This document shows positions 22,428-34,408 of a stretch of DNA of 64,000 nucleotides, piece by piece. The stretch is taken from NCBI GenBank assembly GCA_963739455.1, contig CAVUAK010000001.1, positions 2,272,001 to 2,336,000 of the forward strand. The letters run 5' to 3'. Under the pieces are notes generated by a model that did no database searches, had not been told where the DNA came from, and was given only the letters and a program-made list of their open reading frames with translations. Position 1 is the stretch's first letter. Every line of letters starts with the position of its first letter. The position numbers were made by a program, and so were the translations under genes. Source of the stretch: an uncultured Gemmatimonadales bacterium (GTDB lineage: Bacteria; Gemmatimonadota; Gemmatimonadetes; Gemmatimonadales; GWC2-71-9).

Positions 22428-23653
22428 TCGCCCCGCCGATCACGCCGCGGCGCCGCTGGGTGGTGCCGGCCTTCCTGCTTGCAGTCGCCGTCCTGGTGGG
22501 CGCCTGTTCCGAGCGCCTCCTCACCCCCGTCAACTGTCCCGAGCTCTGCCCCGGCGGCCAGATCATCGTCTACGACACGGTGCTGACGCCAATCGTCGGC
22601 AGTGACAGTTCGTTCGCCGGCTACCTCGCGGCCAGCAAGGCGACCGGCTTCCTGGTCAGCAACAACCTGCCGGCTGCCGACGCGCGAGGCTTCGTGCAGT
22701 TCCTGCGGCGCGGCGACTCGGTGTTCGTGCAGGACACGGCGCGCACCTACACCATCGATTCCGCGAAGGTCAACTTCAGCGTCGACGCGCGAGACTCGCT
22801 CCAGCCGGGCGTGGTGCTGCTGCTCTACAAGCTGCCACCGACCATCGATTCGACCGCGACATTCGACGAGCTGACGGCGACGTTCACGCCCGATGCATTC
22901 CTGGACTCGGTGGAGGTGCCGGACACGCTGCTCAGCGGCAGGGTGACGGCGCTGCTGAGCGGGGAGACACTGTCCCGAATCGCCCTGACGCCCGCCGACT
23001 CGGGTGTGTTGCGGGTTGGTGTCGCCCTGACGGCGCCTGGCGTCACCGGCATCCGCCTGCTGTCGGTGGGGGCCGGCACCGGCGGACCAACCTTCCAGAC
23101 ATTCGTGCACGCCAACGTCCCGGACACCACGCTGCAGAAGCAGACCATCACCCGCGTCCCCAGCTACAACACCTACCTGACGGCGGTGCCATTTCCGCAG
23201 CCGACGCCGACCACGCTCCTGGTGGGCGGTGCGCCGTCGGCGCGGGCGCTGATGCGGTTCGACTTTCCGCTGGTGCTCAAGGACACGGCGGAGATCATCC
23301 GGGCGACGCTGGAGATGGTGCCGGTCACGCCGATCACGGGGCTTTCCAACGTCAACTCGACGCTGGTGACGCAGGGAATCCTGGTGGACCTCGGCGCCAA
23401 GTCGCCGCTGCTCGGTGACATCACGGGCCTGAACAACTTCCCGGTGCCCAACAGTGGCCCGATGACGATGGAAGTGCTCAACATCGTGCGCGCCTGGCAG
23501 GGGAGCGCGGGCCGGCCGCCGGCGTTCTTCGTGTGGCTGTCGCCGGAAGCGTCGTCGTTCTCGGTGCCGGTGTTCGGCTCCACCGCAGACCCGGTGCGCC
23601 AGCCGCGACTGCGCATCGAGTACGTGCGGCCCTACCAGTTCGCCCTGCCATGA
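22424..23653 (+). CDS. Hypothetical beta-rich lipoprotein
   Basis: Lipobox LVGAC; CPELC near the N-terminus; ATGA-coupled to cdd. Confidence 0.7.
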   Translation: MIAPPITPRRRWVVPAFLLAVAVLVGACSERLLTPVNCPELCPGGQIIVYDTVLTPIVGSDSSFAGYLAASKATGFLVSNNLPAADARGFVQFLRRGDSVFVQDTARTYTIDSAKVNFSVDARDSLQPGVVLLLYKLPPTIDSTATFDELTATFTPDAFLDSVEVPDTLLSGRVTALLSGETLSRIALTPADSGVLRVGVALTAPGVTGIRLLSVGAGTGGPTFQTFVHANVPDTTLQKQTITRVPSYNTYLTAVPFPQPTPTTLLVGGAPSARALMRFDFPLVLKDTAEIIRATLEMVPVTPITGLSNVNSTLVTQGILVDLGAKSPLLGDITGLNNFPVPNSGPMTMEVLNIVRAWQGSAGRPPAFFVWLSPEASSFSVPVFGSTADPVRQPRLRIEYVRPYQFALP

Positions 23654-24832
23654 GCGCGCGACGGCTGGCGTGGTTCGCGCTCGGGCTGTCGCTCCTGCTG
23701 CCGGCAACGGCGGCGGCGCAGTCGTCCATCTTCGGCGTGCGCGGCCCGGGCTTCCCGGGACGGCCGTATTCCGCGGCGGCCATCGGCACCGGCGGCAGCA
23801 TCGGCCTCTTCGATCCGCAGTCACAGCTGAGCCCGGCGTCGCTGGCCACGCTGCGGTCGGGCACGGCCACCTTCACCCTGCTGGCTGACTATCGCTCGGT
23901 GGAGACCCCCGCGGGTTCGGCGAACACGCGCGAGCTATCGCTTCCCGAACACCTATATCACGGCACCGATCAAGCATGGGCTGTATGCGTTCGGCATTGG
24001 TGCCACGACGTACCTGGACCGTGACTTCACGCTGGCGGTGCGCGATTCCCTGGTGCTGCGCGACAGCGTGCGAGCGTACACCGACACGACGCAATCGCGC
24101 GGCGGCCTGAGCGACCTGCAGCTGGCCTGGGCGATCCGGACCATTCCCAAGACGACGGTGGCATTCGCGGCCCACCTCATCACCGGCACCAACCGCCTGG
24201 TGGCACGACGCGCGTTCGACGACACGGCGTATGCCACGGTGCTGCAGTCGGCGCAGACGTCCACCACCGGCTTCGGCCTCGCGATCGGTGCCACGCGCGC
24301 GGTGAGCAACTCGCTGACGCTGTCGGCGCTGGTGCGAAAGGACTTCACCGCCAAGGTCAACATCGACTCGGCGCTGTACGGCGGCGCCACCACCATCGGC
24401 GCCGACTACGGCCTCCCATGGACGTTTGCCGCCGGTGCGATCCTCTCGGCGACGCCGTTCCTGCAGGTGGCGGCGCAAGGGGTGTATCGCACCTGGTCGG
24501 CCGCCAACCAGTCGATGGTGAACCTGGGAGCACCGGGCTCCAAGAACAGCCTGGAACTGAGCCTGGGCGCCGAGCTCACGTCCCGGGCGCGCCGGGCGAC
24601 GCAGTTCCCGCTGCGCGTCGGCGCCCGCTATGGAACGCTGCCTTTCCTGATCGGTGACGACCCGACGTTCCAGCCCAGCGAGTTCGCACTGTCGATCGGC
24701 ACCGGGGCGCGATTCGCCAAGCAGCACGGCGCCGTCGAGATGAGCCTGGAGCGGGTATGGCGGAGCGCGAGCGGCAGCGGCATCTCCGAGACCGGGTGGC
24801 TGCTGTACACCACGCTCAACATCCGGCCGTAG
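23650..24832 (+). CDS. Outer-membrane beta-barrel protein (FadL/OmpP1-like; frameshift near 23935)
   Basis: Signal peptide AAAQSS, FadL-like hatch (A.G.GG...SPASLA), alternating beta strands. Confidence 0.6.
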
Positions 24833-24871
24833 CGACGTACCCCGCCGTTCCCCGGCGGGCTATCTTCCAGC

Positions 24872-26182
<1,311 letters not shown>

Positions 26183-26186
<4 letters not shown>

Positions 26187-26470
26187 TCCGGAACCTGGTC
26201 GAGGAACATGTGCAGTCCTCGTACGACGCGCTGCGGGGCAACTTCCCCGCCTTCTGCGGCTGCGAGTTCTGCCGGGATGACATCTTCGTGTTTGCGCTCA
26301 ACCGGGTGCCGCCGCGCTACGTGGCGTCGCTGGAGGGGCAGATCGTCACCGAGGTGAACCTGGAGAAGCAGCAGAAGCGGGCCGAGATCGACGTGGTGGT
26401 CATGGAGGCGTTCCGGAAGGTGTCGATGGCGCCGCGCTGTCCCAAGTCGAAGAAGGTGGACAAGGGGTGA
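26183..26470 (+). CDS. comFB: ComFB family protein
   Basis: NLVEE..., CGCEFCRDD, ALNRVPPRY, C-terminal PRC. Confidence 0.8.
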
Positions 26471-28700
26471 TCCCTCCGCCGGTGATACTGGTGGTGTTCT
26501 GCTTCGGGGCCGGTCTTGCGACCGGCCTTTCGCATTTCTGGGCCCTGGCCGGCGGGATGATGGTTACCGGAATCGTCGCGATGGTGCATCGCCGCGAGTG
26601 TCGCCGTGTTCGTGGTGACGGCTGACGATGGGCGTCGGGGTCGGCGTCGTGGCGCGCCATCGCGAGGAGGACGGGTGTGCCGCCCAGTTGCCGGCGGGCC
26701 GGATGGCGCTGGAGGTCGCTGCTGCTCGAGCCACTCACGGAGGATGGTGGCATCGCGTCGGTGGAACCGCTGCGCGCCGGGTGCCGCGGCAGCATCACGG
26801 CGCGCTTCCGGCGAGGCGAAGCGCTGGACGCGGGGCAAGTCGATTGCGATCGAGGGAGAGTGGACGCGAGGCACACGACGACTGATCGAGCCCGATGGCA
26901 TCTTCGGCGTGAAGGAGATGAGCACCGAGGGGCCGGGTGAGCGGCGTCGAGTTCAGGGTGCGGAATGCCCTCGCGCGGGCGTCGGCCAGGCTCTACGGCG
27001 CGCGGGCGCCGCTGGTGGATGCGCTGGTGGTGGGGCGACGCAGCGGCATGGACCGGGACCTCAAGACTGCGTTCGCGTCGTCGGGACTGGTGCACCTGCT
27101 GTCGATCTCCGGATTTCACATCGGGCTCATCGCCGCGTGGGTGGTGCTGGTGCTCCGGCAACTGGGGATGTCGCGGGTGCCATCGCTCACGGTGGCCGCA
27201 TCGCTCGCGATGGTGTACGTGGCGTTCCTCGGATGGCCGGCGCCCGCGGTGCGCGCCGGGGCGATGGCATGGGTGCTGGTGTGGCTCCGCTGGCGGCAGC
27301 GCGCGGTACAGCCCGATGCACTGCTGGCCGCAACGGGACTCGTGGTCATGCTGCTCGATCCATTCGCGGTGTTCGACCTGGGTGGCTGGTTGTCGGTGCT
27401 GTCACTGTGGGGTGCGGTGCGCTTCGCGCGCTGGGCGGAGGAGGCGGGCGGGAAGCACTGGCTGTGGCAGTCGGCGGCGTCATCGGTCGGCGCCACGGTG
27501 GCGACGGCGCCGGTGACGGCGTGGCTGCTCGGCGCGGTGGCGCCGGTGGGGATCGCGCTCAACTTCATTGCGATCCCGGTGGCAGCGGTGGCGGTGCCGG
27601 GCGTGCTCGCGAGCCTGCTGGTCGCGCCGATCGGCGTGGTGAGCGGCGCGCTGGCCTCGGGAAGTGGCGTCGCGCTGCACCTGCTCGAGCTGATCGCGGA
27701 GTGGGGTGCGAGGATTCCGCTGGGGCATTTCGTGATGAACGCCACGCCGGCGAGCGCGGTGCCGTGGCTCGCTGCTGCTGGTGCTGCTCTGCTGGGCCAC
27801 ACCGCGACGGGGCGGCGGTTCGCTCGCGTCGGGACGCCTCATGCTCGCCGGTGCCGCGGGTGTGTGGCTGGCGCTGGTTCCCGACGTGCGGCTGCCGCGG
27901 TCTGGCGCGGGGCGCCTCACGCTGCATTTTGTGGACGTGGGCCAGGGCGATGCCGCGGTGCTGCGCACGCCGAACGGCCATTTCGTGGTGATCGATGCGG
28001 GACCAAAGGACGAGCGCTTCGACGCCGGGGCCAGCCGGGTCGTGCCGCTGCTGGAGCGCGAGGGCGCCGACGCGATCGACGTGCTGGTGGCGTCGCATGC
28101 GCATCTCGATCATGTCGGCGGATTCGGGGCGGTGCTGTCGGCGATGCCGGTGGGCACGGTGGTCGAGCCGGCCGCCCCGGGCATCGATTCGACCTATCGC
28201 GAGATGCTGGGGCTGGTGGGCACGTCGGGCGCGGCGTGGGACGCGGCGCGCCGGGGGGACAGGTTCACCGTGGACAGCGTGGAGTTCACGGTGCTGCACC
28301 CCGACACCACGTGGAGCGGCTGGGGGCTCGACCTCAACGACGATTCGGTGGTGCTGCTGGTGCGCTACGGCGCCTTCCGCGCCATCTTCATGGGCGATGC
28401 CGGCGAGGCGCCGGAGGCGGTGCTGCACGGACGGGTGGGGCATGTGGACCTGCTCAAGGTGGGGCATCACGGGAGCAGGACGGCGAGCGGGGCGGCATGG
28501 CTCGAGGAGTTGTCGCCCACCGCGGCCATCCTGTCGGTCGGGAGCCACAACAAGTACGGTCATCCCACGGCCGAGGCACTGCAGCGCCTCGGCGCACAAC
28601 ATGCTACGATCTGGAGAACCGATCAGGAGGGCACGGTCACCGTCAGCACCGACGGCCGTCACGTGGAGGTCCGCGGACGGTCGCACCGGCTCGCCTTTGA
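26467..28700 (+). CDS. comEC: DNA internalization competence protein ComEC/Rec2 (multiple frameshifts; end approximate)
   Basis: HLLSISGFHI competence motif; MBL domain VDVGQGDA, SHAHLDHVGG, KVGHHGS, NKYGHP, RTDQEG. Confidence 0.88.
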
Positions 28701-28745
28701 CGCGACAGGGTCGCCCGCCACCATCAGCCTGGAGTCGCCGGCATC

Positions 28746-29792
28746 ATGCGCACAGCGGTCACCACCATCGAGCGATTCATCATGGACCAGGAACGGGATT
28801 TCCCCGATGCCACGGGAGAACTCTCCAGCCTGCTCTACGACATCGCGCTCGCCACCAAGCTGATTGCGGCGTCCATTCGCCGCGCGGGACTGGTGGACGT
28901 GCTGGGCTCGGCGCAGAACCGAAACGTGCAGGGCGAGGACCAGCAGAAGCTCGACGTCCTCGCCAATGAAGCGATCAAGGAATCCCTCAAGTTCACCGGC
29001 CGGGTCTGCGTGATGGGGTCGGAAGAAGACGAGGAGATGATCCCGATTCCCTCGCAGTACCGCCCCGGCAAGTACGTCGTCCTCTTCGATCCGCTCGACG
29101 GTTCCTCCAACATCGATGTCAACGCGGCGGTGGGGACGATCTTCAGCGTCTACCGCCGGGTCAGCGACCATGGCCGCGGCACGGTGGCGGACATCCTGCA
29201 GCCGGGCATCGAGCAGGTGGCGGCGGGCTACGTGATGTACGGCTCGAGCACGATGCTGGTGTACACCACGGGGCAGGGGGTGCATGGCTTCACGCTCGAC
29301 CCGACGATCGGCGAGTTCCTGCTGTCGCACCCGCGCATCGTGACGCCGGCGGTGGGGAAGTACTACAGCGTGAACGAGAGCAATTTCGCGCGGTGGGACA
29401 AGGGCGTGCAGACGGCGGTGCGCGGCTTTCACGGCGACCTGCCGGAGTACATCGCGGGGAAGAACAGCCGCTACATCGGGTCACTGGTGGCCGACTTCCA
29501 CCGGAACCTGATCGCGGGCGGCATCTTCATGTATCCCGCCGACAAGAAGAACCCGAATGGCAAGCTGCGGCTGCTGTACGAGTGCGCCCCGATGGCGTTC
29601 ATCGCGGAGCAGGCGGGTGGTGCCGCGACGGACGGCGAGCGCCGGATCATGGAGCGGGTGCCGGGATCGCTGCACGAGCGGAGCCCGCTGGTGATCGGCT
29701 CGCGCGACGACGTGCAGTTCGTGGCGGAGACGATCGGGCGGGTGCGTGATTCGTCGCTGGCGGCGGTGGGGCGGCCGGATAGAAGGAGCTGA
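28746..29792 (+). CDS. fbp: Fructose-1,6-bisphosphatase class 1
   Basis: NVQGEDQQKLD, FDPLDGSSNID, RYIGSLVADFHR, GKLRLLYE. Confidence 0.95.
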   Translation: MRTAVTTIERFIMDQERDFPDATGELSSLLYDIALATKLIAASIRRAGLVDVLGSAQNRNVQGEDQQKLDVLANEAIKESLKFTGRVCVMGSEEDEEMIPIPSQYRPGKYVVLFDPLDGSSNIDVNAAVGTIFSVYRRVSDHGRGTVADILQPGIEQVAAGYVMYGSSTMLVYTTGQGVHGFTLDPTIGEFLLSHPRIVTPAVGKYYSVNESNFARWDKGVQTAVRGFHGDLPEYIAGKNSRYIGSLVADFHRNLIAGGIFMYPADKKNPNGKLRLLYECAPMAFIAEQAGGAATDGERRIMERVPGSLHERSPLVIGSRDDVQFVAETIGRVRDSSLAAVGRPDRRS

Positions 29793-29797
29793 CGTGG

Positions 29798-29880
29798 CAG
29801 TCGACAGTCGGCGTGAGTCGACAGTCGTGAGTCGACCTGCGGACTGACGACTCCTGCGACTGACGACTGCCGACTGACGG
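29798..29880. repeat. SAGTCGN heptamer array with inverted half (hairpin)
   Basis: cagtcga/cagtcgg/gagtcga/cagtcgt then acgactc/acgactg/ccgactg. Confidence 0.85.
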
Positions 29881-29889
29881 CCAATTGCC

Positions 29890-30321
29890 ATGCCCATGCG
29901 TCCGCTGCCGAAGCTCCGAAGACTCTGCCTCGCCCTGCCTGAGGCGCACGAGGTGGAGGCGTGGGGCGAGCCAACCTTCCGGGTCAAGAACAAGCTCTTT
30001 GCCATGTTCGCGAGCGCGGGGAATCATCACGGCGGGGGCCGCAACTCCGTGTGGTGCAAGGCGGCGCCGGGGAACCAGGAGCTGATGATCGGTGTCGCGC
30101 CCGACCGGTTCTTCAAGCCGCCGTATGTGGGGCCGAGTGGGTGGATCGGGGTCTGGCTGGACGGAAAGGTGGACTGGGCGGAGGTGGGGGAGTTGGTGAA
30201 GGACAGCTACCTGCTGGTGGCGCCGAAGAAGCTGGGGCTGCAACTGGGTGAGGAGGAACCGAAAACGCGTAAGGCGGAACTGAAAAAGCGTAAGGAGGAA
30301 TCGAAAAAGCGTAAGCAATAG
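29890..30321 (+). CDS. MmcQ/YjbR family protein with repeat-derived C-terminal tail
   Basis: WGEPTFRVKNKLFA, FFKPPYVGPSGWIG, DSYLLVAPKK. Confidence 0.85.
   Translation: MPMRPLPKLRRLCLALPEAHEVEAWGEPTFRVKNKLFAMFASAGNHHGGGRNSVWCKAAPGNQELMIGVAPDRFFKPPYVGPSGWIGVWLDGKVDWAEVGELVKDSYLLVAPKKLGLQLGEEEPKTRKAELKKRKEESKKRKQ
30242..30321 (+). repeat. 21-bp-unit array (copy 3, direct units only) translated in-frame
   Basis: 3 units plus a partial one encoding LGEEEPK-TRKAELK-KRKEESK-KRKQ. Confidence 0.85.
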
Positions 30322-30326
30322 GACAT

Positions 30327-30374
30327 TTGTTACTTCAGCCTTCCGCGGTTAAGTTCAGTGGTTACCTGAACTTA
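30327..30374 (+). promoter_or_regulatory. Promoter with overlapping inverted-repeat operator
   Basis: TTGTTA-N17-TAAGTT; TAAGTTCAG-N7-CTGAACTTA perfect inverted repeat at 30350-30374. Confidence 0.55.
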
Positions 30375-30390
30375 GGATATCAGCAGCAAC

Positions 30391-30747
30391 ATGCCGACTT
30401 ACGAATACGCGTGCCCCCAGGGACACGACTTCGAGCTCTTCCAGAAGATGAGCGACAAGCCGCGCGCCAAGTGTCCGGTGTGCGGCAAGATGGCCGTGCG
30501 GAAGATCTCGGGCGGTGCCGGGCTGCACTTCAAGGGCAGCGGGTTCTACATCACCGATTACGGCAAGGACGGGAAGGGACCGCGCAACGACAAGGCGCGG
30601 GAGTCGAGTGAGAGCACCAGCAAGGCGAGTGAGCCGAGTGCGGATGCGGCGGGGAAGGCGGGGAAGGCGGTGGGTTCCGAGACCAAGAAAGCCGCCGAGC
30701 CGAAGGCCGAGAAGACTCCTGCCAAGAAGGCCAAGGCCAGTGAGTAG
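30391..30747 (+). CDS. FmdB family zinc-ribbon protein
   Basis: MPTYEYAC..GH, CPVCG, FKGSGFYITDY, K/A/E-rich tail. Confidence 0.9.
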   Translation: MPTYEYACPQGHDFELFQKMSDKPRAKCPVCGKMAVRKISGGAGLHFKGSGFYITDYGKDGKGPRNDKARESSESTSKASEPSADAAGKAGKAVGSETKKAAEPKAEKTPAKKAKASE

Positions 30748-32381
30748 TGACGTGCTGCGCGTGGAGCTCGAGCGTGTCGCCCGGAAGCTGGGCGACGGCG
30801 ACATCGAGTTCGTGCTCGAGCGTCCGCGGGACGACACGCATGGTGACCTGGCGACCAACCTGGCGCTGACGCTGGCGAAGCGGCGGCGGGCGAATCCGCG
30901 CGCGGTGGCCGAGGAGGTGCTGCGCGAACTGCAGGCCCCGGCCACGCTCATCTCGAAGACCGAGATCGCGGGCCCGGGGTTCATCAACTTCTGGTTCGCG
31001 AGCGATACGCTCGCGGCGCTGCATGCGCGCATCCTCGCGGAGGGGGCGCGATACGGGAAGAGCGCCGTCGGTGAGGGACGCAAGGTGAATCTCGAGTTCG
31101 TCTCGGCCAACCCGACCGGCCCGCTGCACGTGGGACACGGCCGGGGTGCCGCGCTGGGTGACGCGATCGCGTCGCTGCTGGAGTGGAGCGGGCACAGCGT
31201 CACCCGGGAGTTCTACATCAACGATGCCGGGGTGCAGATCGACCGGCTCGCCCAGAGCCTCTGGGCGCGGGTGCAGCAGTCGGTCGGCCGCGAGGCGGCG
31301 ATTCCCGACGGCGGCTATCACGGCCTGTACCTGCAGGAGAACGCGGCGCTGGTGCTGGAGCGGGAGGGCGCCGGTTTCGCCGACCTGCCGCATGAAGAGG
31401 GTGTCAAGCGGAGCCGGGAACTCGGCCTGGCGATCCAGCGGGAGGAGCAGGACCAGGACCTCGCCGATTTCGGCGTGCGCTTCAACGTGATGACGTCGGA
31501 GCAGGGGATGTATCACCGGGGCGCGGTGTCCGATGGCGCTCGACCTGCTGCACGACCGGAACCTCACGTACGAGAAGGACGGCGCCCTCTGGCTCCGCAC
31601 CTCCGAGTTCGGCGACGACCTCGACCGGGTGCTGCGGAAGCAGGATGGCAGCTACACCTACTTCCTGCCCGACATCGCGTACCACATCGACAAGCTCGAG
31701 CGCGGGTTCGATGCGCTGATCGACGTGTGGGGCGCCGACCACCACGGCTACATCCCGCGGGTGCGGGCGGTGCTGCGGGCGCTCGGCTTCGAGGACGAGA
31801 AGTTCGATGTGGTGCTGGTGCAGCTGGTGAAGGTGGTGCGTGGCGGCGAGGAAGTGAAAATGTCGAAGCGGGCCGGCACCTTCGTGACGCTGCGCGACCT
31901 CGTGGACGAGGTGGGCACCGACGCCGCGCGCTGGTTCTTCCTGTCGCGGAAGGGCGATTCGCAGCTCACCTTCGACATCGAGCTGGCGAAGCGGCAGACG
32001 GACGAGAACCCGATCTTCTACGTGCAGATGGCGCACGCGCGACTCTGCGGGATCTTCCGCACCGCCGGCGTCGAGGCCGATTCCGTCGCCGGCGCCCTCG
32101 ACCTGGCATCGCTGCCGGCGCCGGAAGACACCGAGCTGCTCAAGAAGCTGGGCGAGCTTCCCGAGGTCATCGCGAAGGCGGCAGGCGAGCGGGAGCCGCA
32201 TCGCATGACGACGTACCTGCATGAACTGGCCGGCAGCGTGCACGGCTGGTATCACCACACGCGCACCGTGGGCGAGCCCGCCGACATCGAGCATGCGCGG
32301 CTGCTCCTCGCGCGCGCCGCGCGCATCACCCTGGCCAACGGCCTCGCCGTGCTCGGCCTTTCCGCCCCGGAACGGATCTGA
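30740..32381 (+). CDS. argS: Arginine--tRNA ligase (frameshift near 31530)
   Basis: EFVSANPTGPLHVGHGR, WGADHHGY, KMSKR, YVQMAHAR, APERI. Confidence 0.95.
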
Positions 32382-32385
32382 CTTC

Positions 32386-33306
32386 ATGAGCCTGCTCGTC
32401 GTCGGCAGCGTGGCACTCGATTCCATCTTCACCCCGTTCGGCGAGACTGCGGACACGCTGGGTGGATCGGCGGTGTTCTTCAGCGTCGCGGGCGCGATCC
32501 TGCACCCGGTGAAGGTGGTGGGTGTGGTCGGCAGCGACTATCCGGTGAAGGAACTGGAGAAGCTCGCGGCACGGGGCATCGACTGGTCGGGGGTGGAACA
32601 CGCCGAGGGAGAGAGCTTCCGGTGGAAGGGGAAGTACTCCTACGACCTGCAGAGCCGGGAAACGCTGGAGACGCGACTGGGTGTGTTCGCGGCGTTCCAG
32701 CCGAAACTGCCGGCGAGCTTCCGCGACTCCGAGTTCCTGTTCCTGGGCAACATCGACCCGGAGCTGCAGCTGGGGGTGCTGGACCAGGTGCCGCATGCCA
32801 AGCTGGTGGCGTGCGACACGATGAACTACTGGATCCAGAGCAAGCGCGATGCGCTGATGGAGCTGCTCAAGCGGGTGGACATCCTGATGGTGAACGATGG
32901 GGAGGCACGCGAGCTCTCGGGCGACTGGAACATCCATCGCGCCGGTCGCTGGATCCTGAAGCACGGTCCCAAGCGGGTGGTGATCAAGCAGGGCGAATAC
33001 GGCGCGCTGCTGATGGGTGGCGAGCAGACGTTCTTCACGCCGGCCTTCCCGCTGGAAGAGGTCTTCGACCCGACGGGTGCGGGTGACGCGTTCGCCGGCG
33101 GTTTCATGGGGTACCTGGCGCGGGCGGGCACCGTCAGTGACGCCGAGTTCCGGCGCGCGATGGTGTATGGCAGCGTGATGGGCTCCTTCGCGGTGTCGCA
33201 GTTCGGCGTGCACGGGTTCGACGACGTGACGCTGGAACAGGTGGAGCGCCGGGCGCGCGCATTCCGGCAGCTGACGCACGTGGAACTGGCGGAGCCGGTC
33301 GCGTGA
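32386..33306 (+). CDS. PfkB family carbohydrate/nucleoside kinase
   Basis: VGSVALD, LGGSA, DPTGAGDAFAGG. Confidence 0.9.
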   Translation: MSLLVVGSVALDSIFTPFGETADTLGGSAVFFSVAGAILHPVKVVGVVGSDYPVKELEKLAARGIDWSGVEHAEGESFRWKGKYSYDLQSRETLETRLGVFAAFQPKLPASFRDSEFLFLGNIDPELQLGVLDQVPHAKLVACDTMNYWIQSKRDALMELLKRVDILMVNDGEARELSGDWNIHRAGRWILKHGPKRVVIKQGEYGALLMGGEQTFFTPAFPLEEVFDPTGAGDAFAGGFMGYLARAGTVSDAEFRRAMVYGSVMGSFAVSQFGVHGFDDVTLEQVERRARAFRQLTHVELAEPVA

Positions 33307-34325
33307 CCGCCCGACAGTATGCGGCGGCTGGTGTGGACCTCAACACCGCCGAGGCCGCAAAGGAAAAGATCGGTCACCTGGTGGCGGGGACGCGCACGGC
33401 GCTCTCGGTGGGGCTGGTCGGCGCCTTCGGCGGCATGGTGCGCGTACCGGCCGGAATGAAGAAGCCGGTGCTGGTGCTGAGCACCGACGGCGTGGGCACC
33501 AAGGTGCTGGTGGCGCTGGAGGCAGGGCGGTTCGACACGGTGGGCGAGGACCTGGTCAACCACAGCGTGAACGACATCCTGGTGCACGCGGCGCGGCCGA
33601 TCGCATTCATGGACTACGTGGCGGGTGCGGCGCTGGGCGTGGAGATGATCGCCGGAATCGTGGAGGGCATCGCGCGCGGGTGCCGCAACCACGGGATGGC
33701 GCTGGCGGGCGGCGAGACGGCGCAGATGCCTGGTCTCTACCGCGAGGGAACGTTCGACCTGGCGGGCACGATCATCGGCGTGGTGGAAGAGGACGCGGCG
33801 CTGCACGGTGACCATGTGGTGCCGGGCGACGTGCTGCTGGGCTACGCCTCCACCGGCCTGCACACGAACGGCTATACACTCGCGCGCCGGATCATCTTCG
33901 AGCAGGCGGGACTCAAGCTGGGCGACACGCTCGGTGACACCGGCAAGTCGGTGGCCGATGCGCTGCTCGCGGTGCATCGCAGCTATGTGCCGACCCTGGC
34001 GCCGGTGCTGGGACAGGTCCACGCGCTGGCGCACATCACCGGTGGTGGCATCGGCGGAAACCTGGTGAGGGTGCTGCCGGAGAACTGCCGTGCGACAGTG
34101 GAGATGAAGTCGTGGGAGCGGCCGGCGCTCTACAAGTTCCTGCAGAAGGCCGGCAACGTGAGCGAGCCGGAGATGCGCGAGGTGTTCAATCTCGGCATCG
34201 GGATGATCGCGGTGCTGCCAGCCGCCTCGGTGGACCTCGCGCGTGCCGCGGCGCGCGTGGCGGGCGTGGAGACGTGGGTCATTGGGAAGGTGGAGGCTGG
34301 TGCACGCGACGTGGCTTTTGCGTGA
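33303..34325 (+). CDS. purM: Phosphoribosylformylglycinamidine cyclo-ligase
   Basis: YAAAGVD, TDGVGTK, GGETAQMPG, GLHTNG, HITGGG, FNLGIG. Confidence 0.95.
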   Translation: MTARQYAAAGVDLNTAEAAKEKIGHLVAGTRTALSVGLVGAFGGMVRVPAGMKKPVLVLSTDGVGTKVLVALEAGRFDTVGEDLVNHSVNDILVHAARPIAFMDYVAGAALGVEMIAGIVEGIARGCRNHGMALAGGETAQMPGLYREGTFDLAGTIIGVVEEDAALHGDHVVPGDVLLGYASTGLHTNGYTLARRIIFEQAGLKLGDTLGDTGKSVADALLAVHRSYVPTLAPVLGQVHALAHITGGGIGGNLVRVLPENCRATVEMKSWERPALYKFLQKAGNVSEPEMREVFNLGIGMIAVLPAASVDLARAAARVAGVETWVIGKVEAGARDVAFA

Positions 34326-34408
34326 GTCGGCAGTCGGCAGTCGACAGTCGGCAGGCAGTCGTCAGCTGACAGCTTTCTGATGACTGACGACAGACGACTG
34401 ACGACTGA
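34324..34408. repeat. SAGTCGN heptamer array with inverted half, between purM and ribD
   Basis: gagtcgg-cagtcgg-cagtcga-cagtcgg ... acgacag-acgactg-acgactg. Confidence 0.85.

Noticed and set aside
28700..28863. ComEC C-terminal extension overlapping fbp by more than 100 bp
   Set aside because: Probably run-on from an indel near 28690; a TGA at 28698-28700 in another frame is the likelier end
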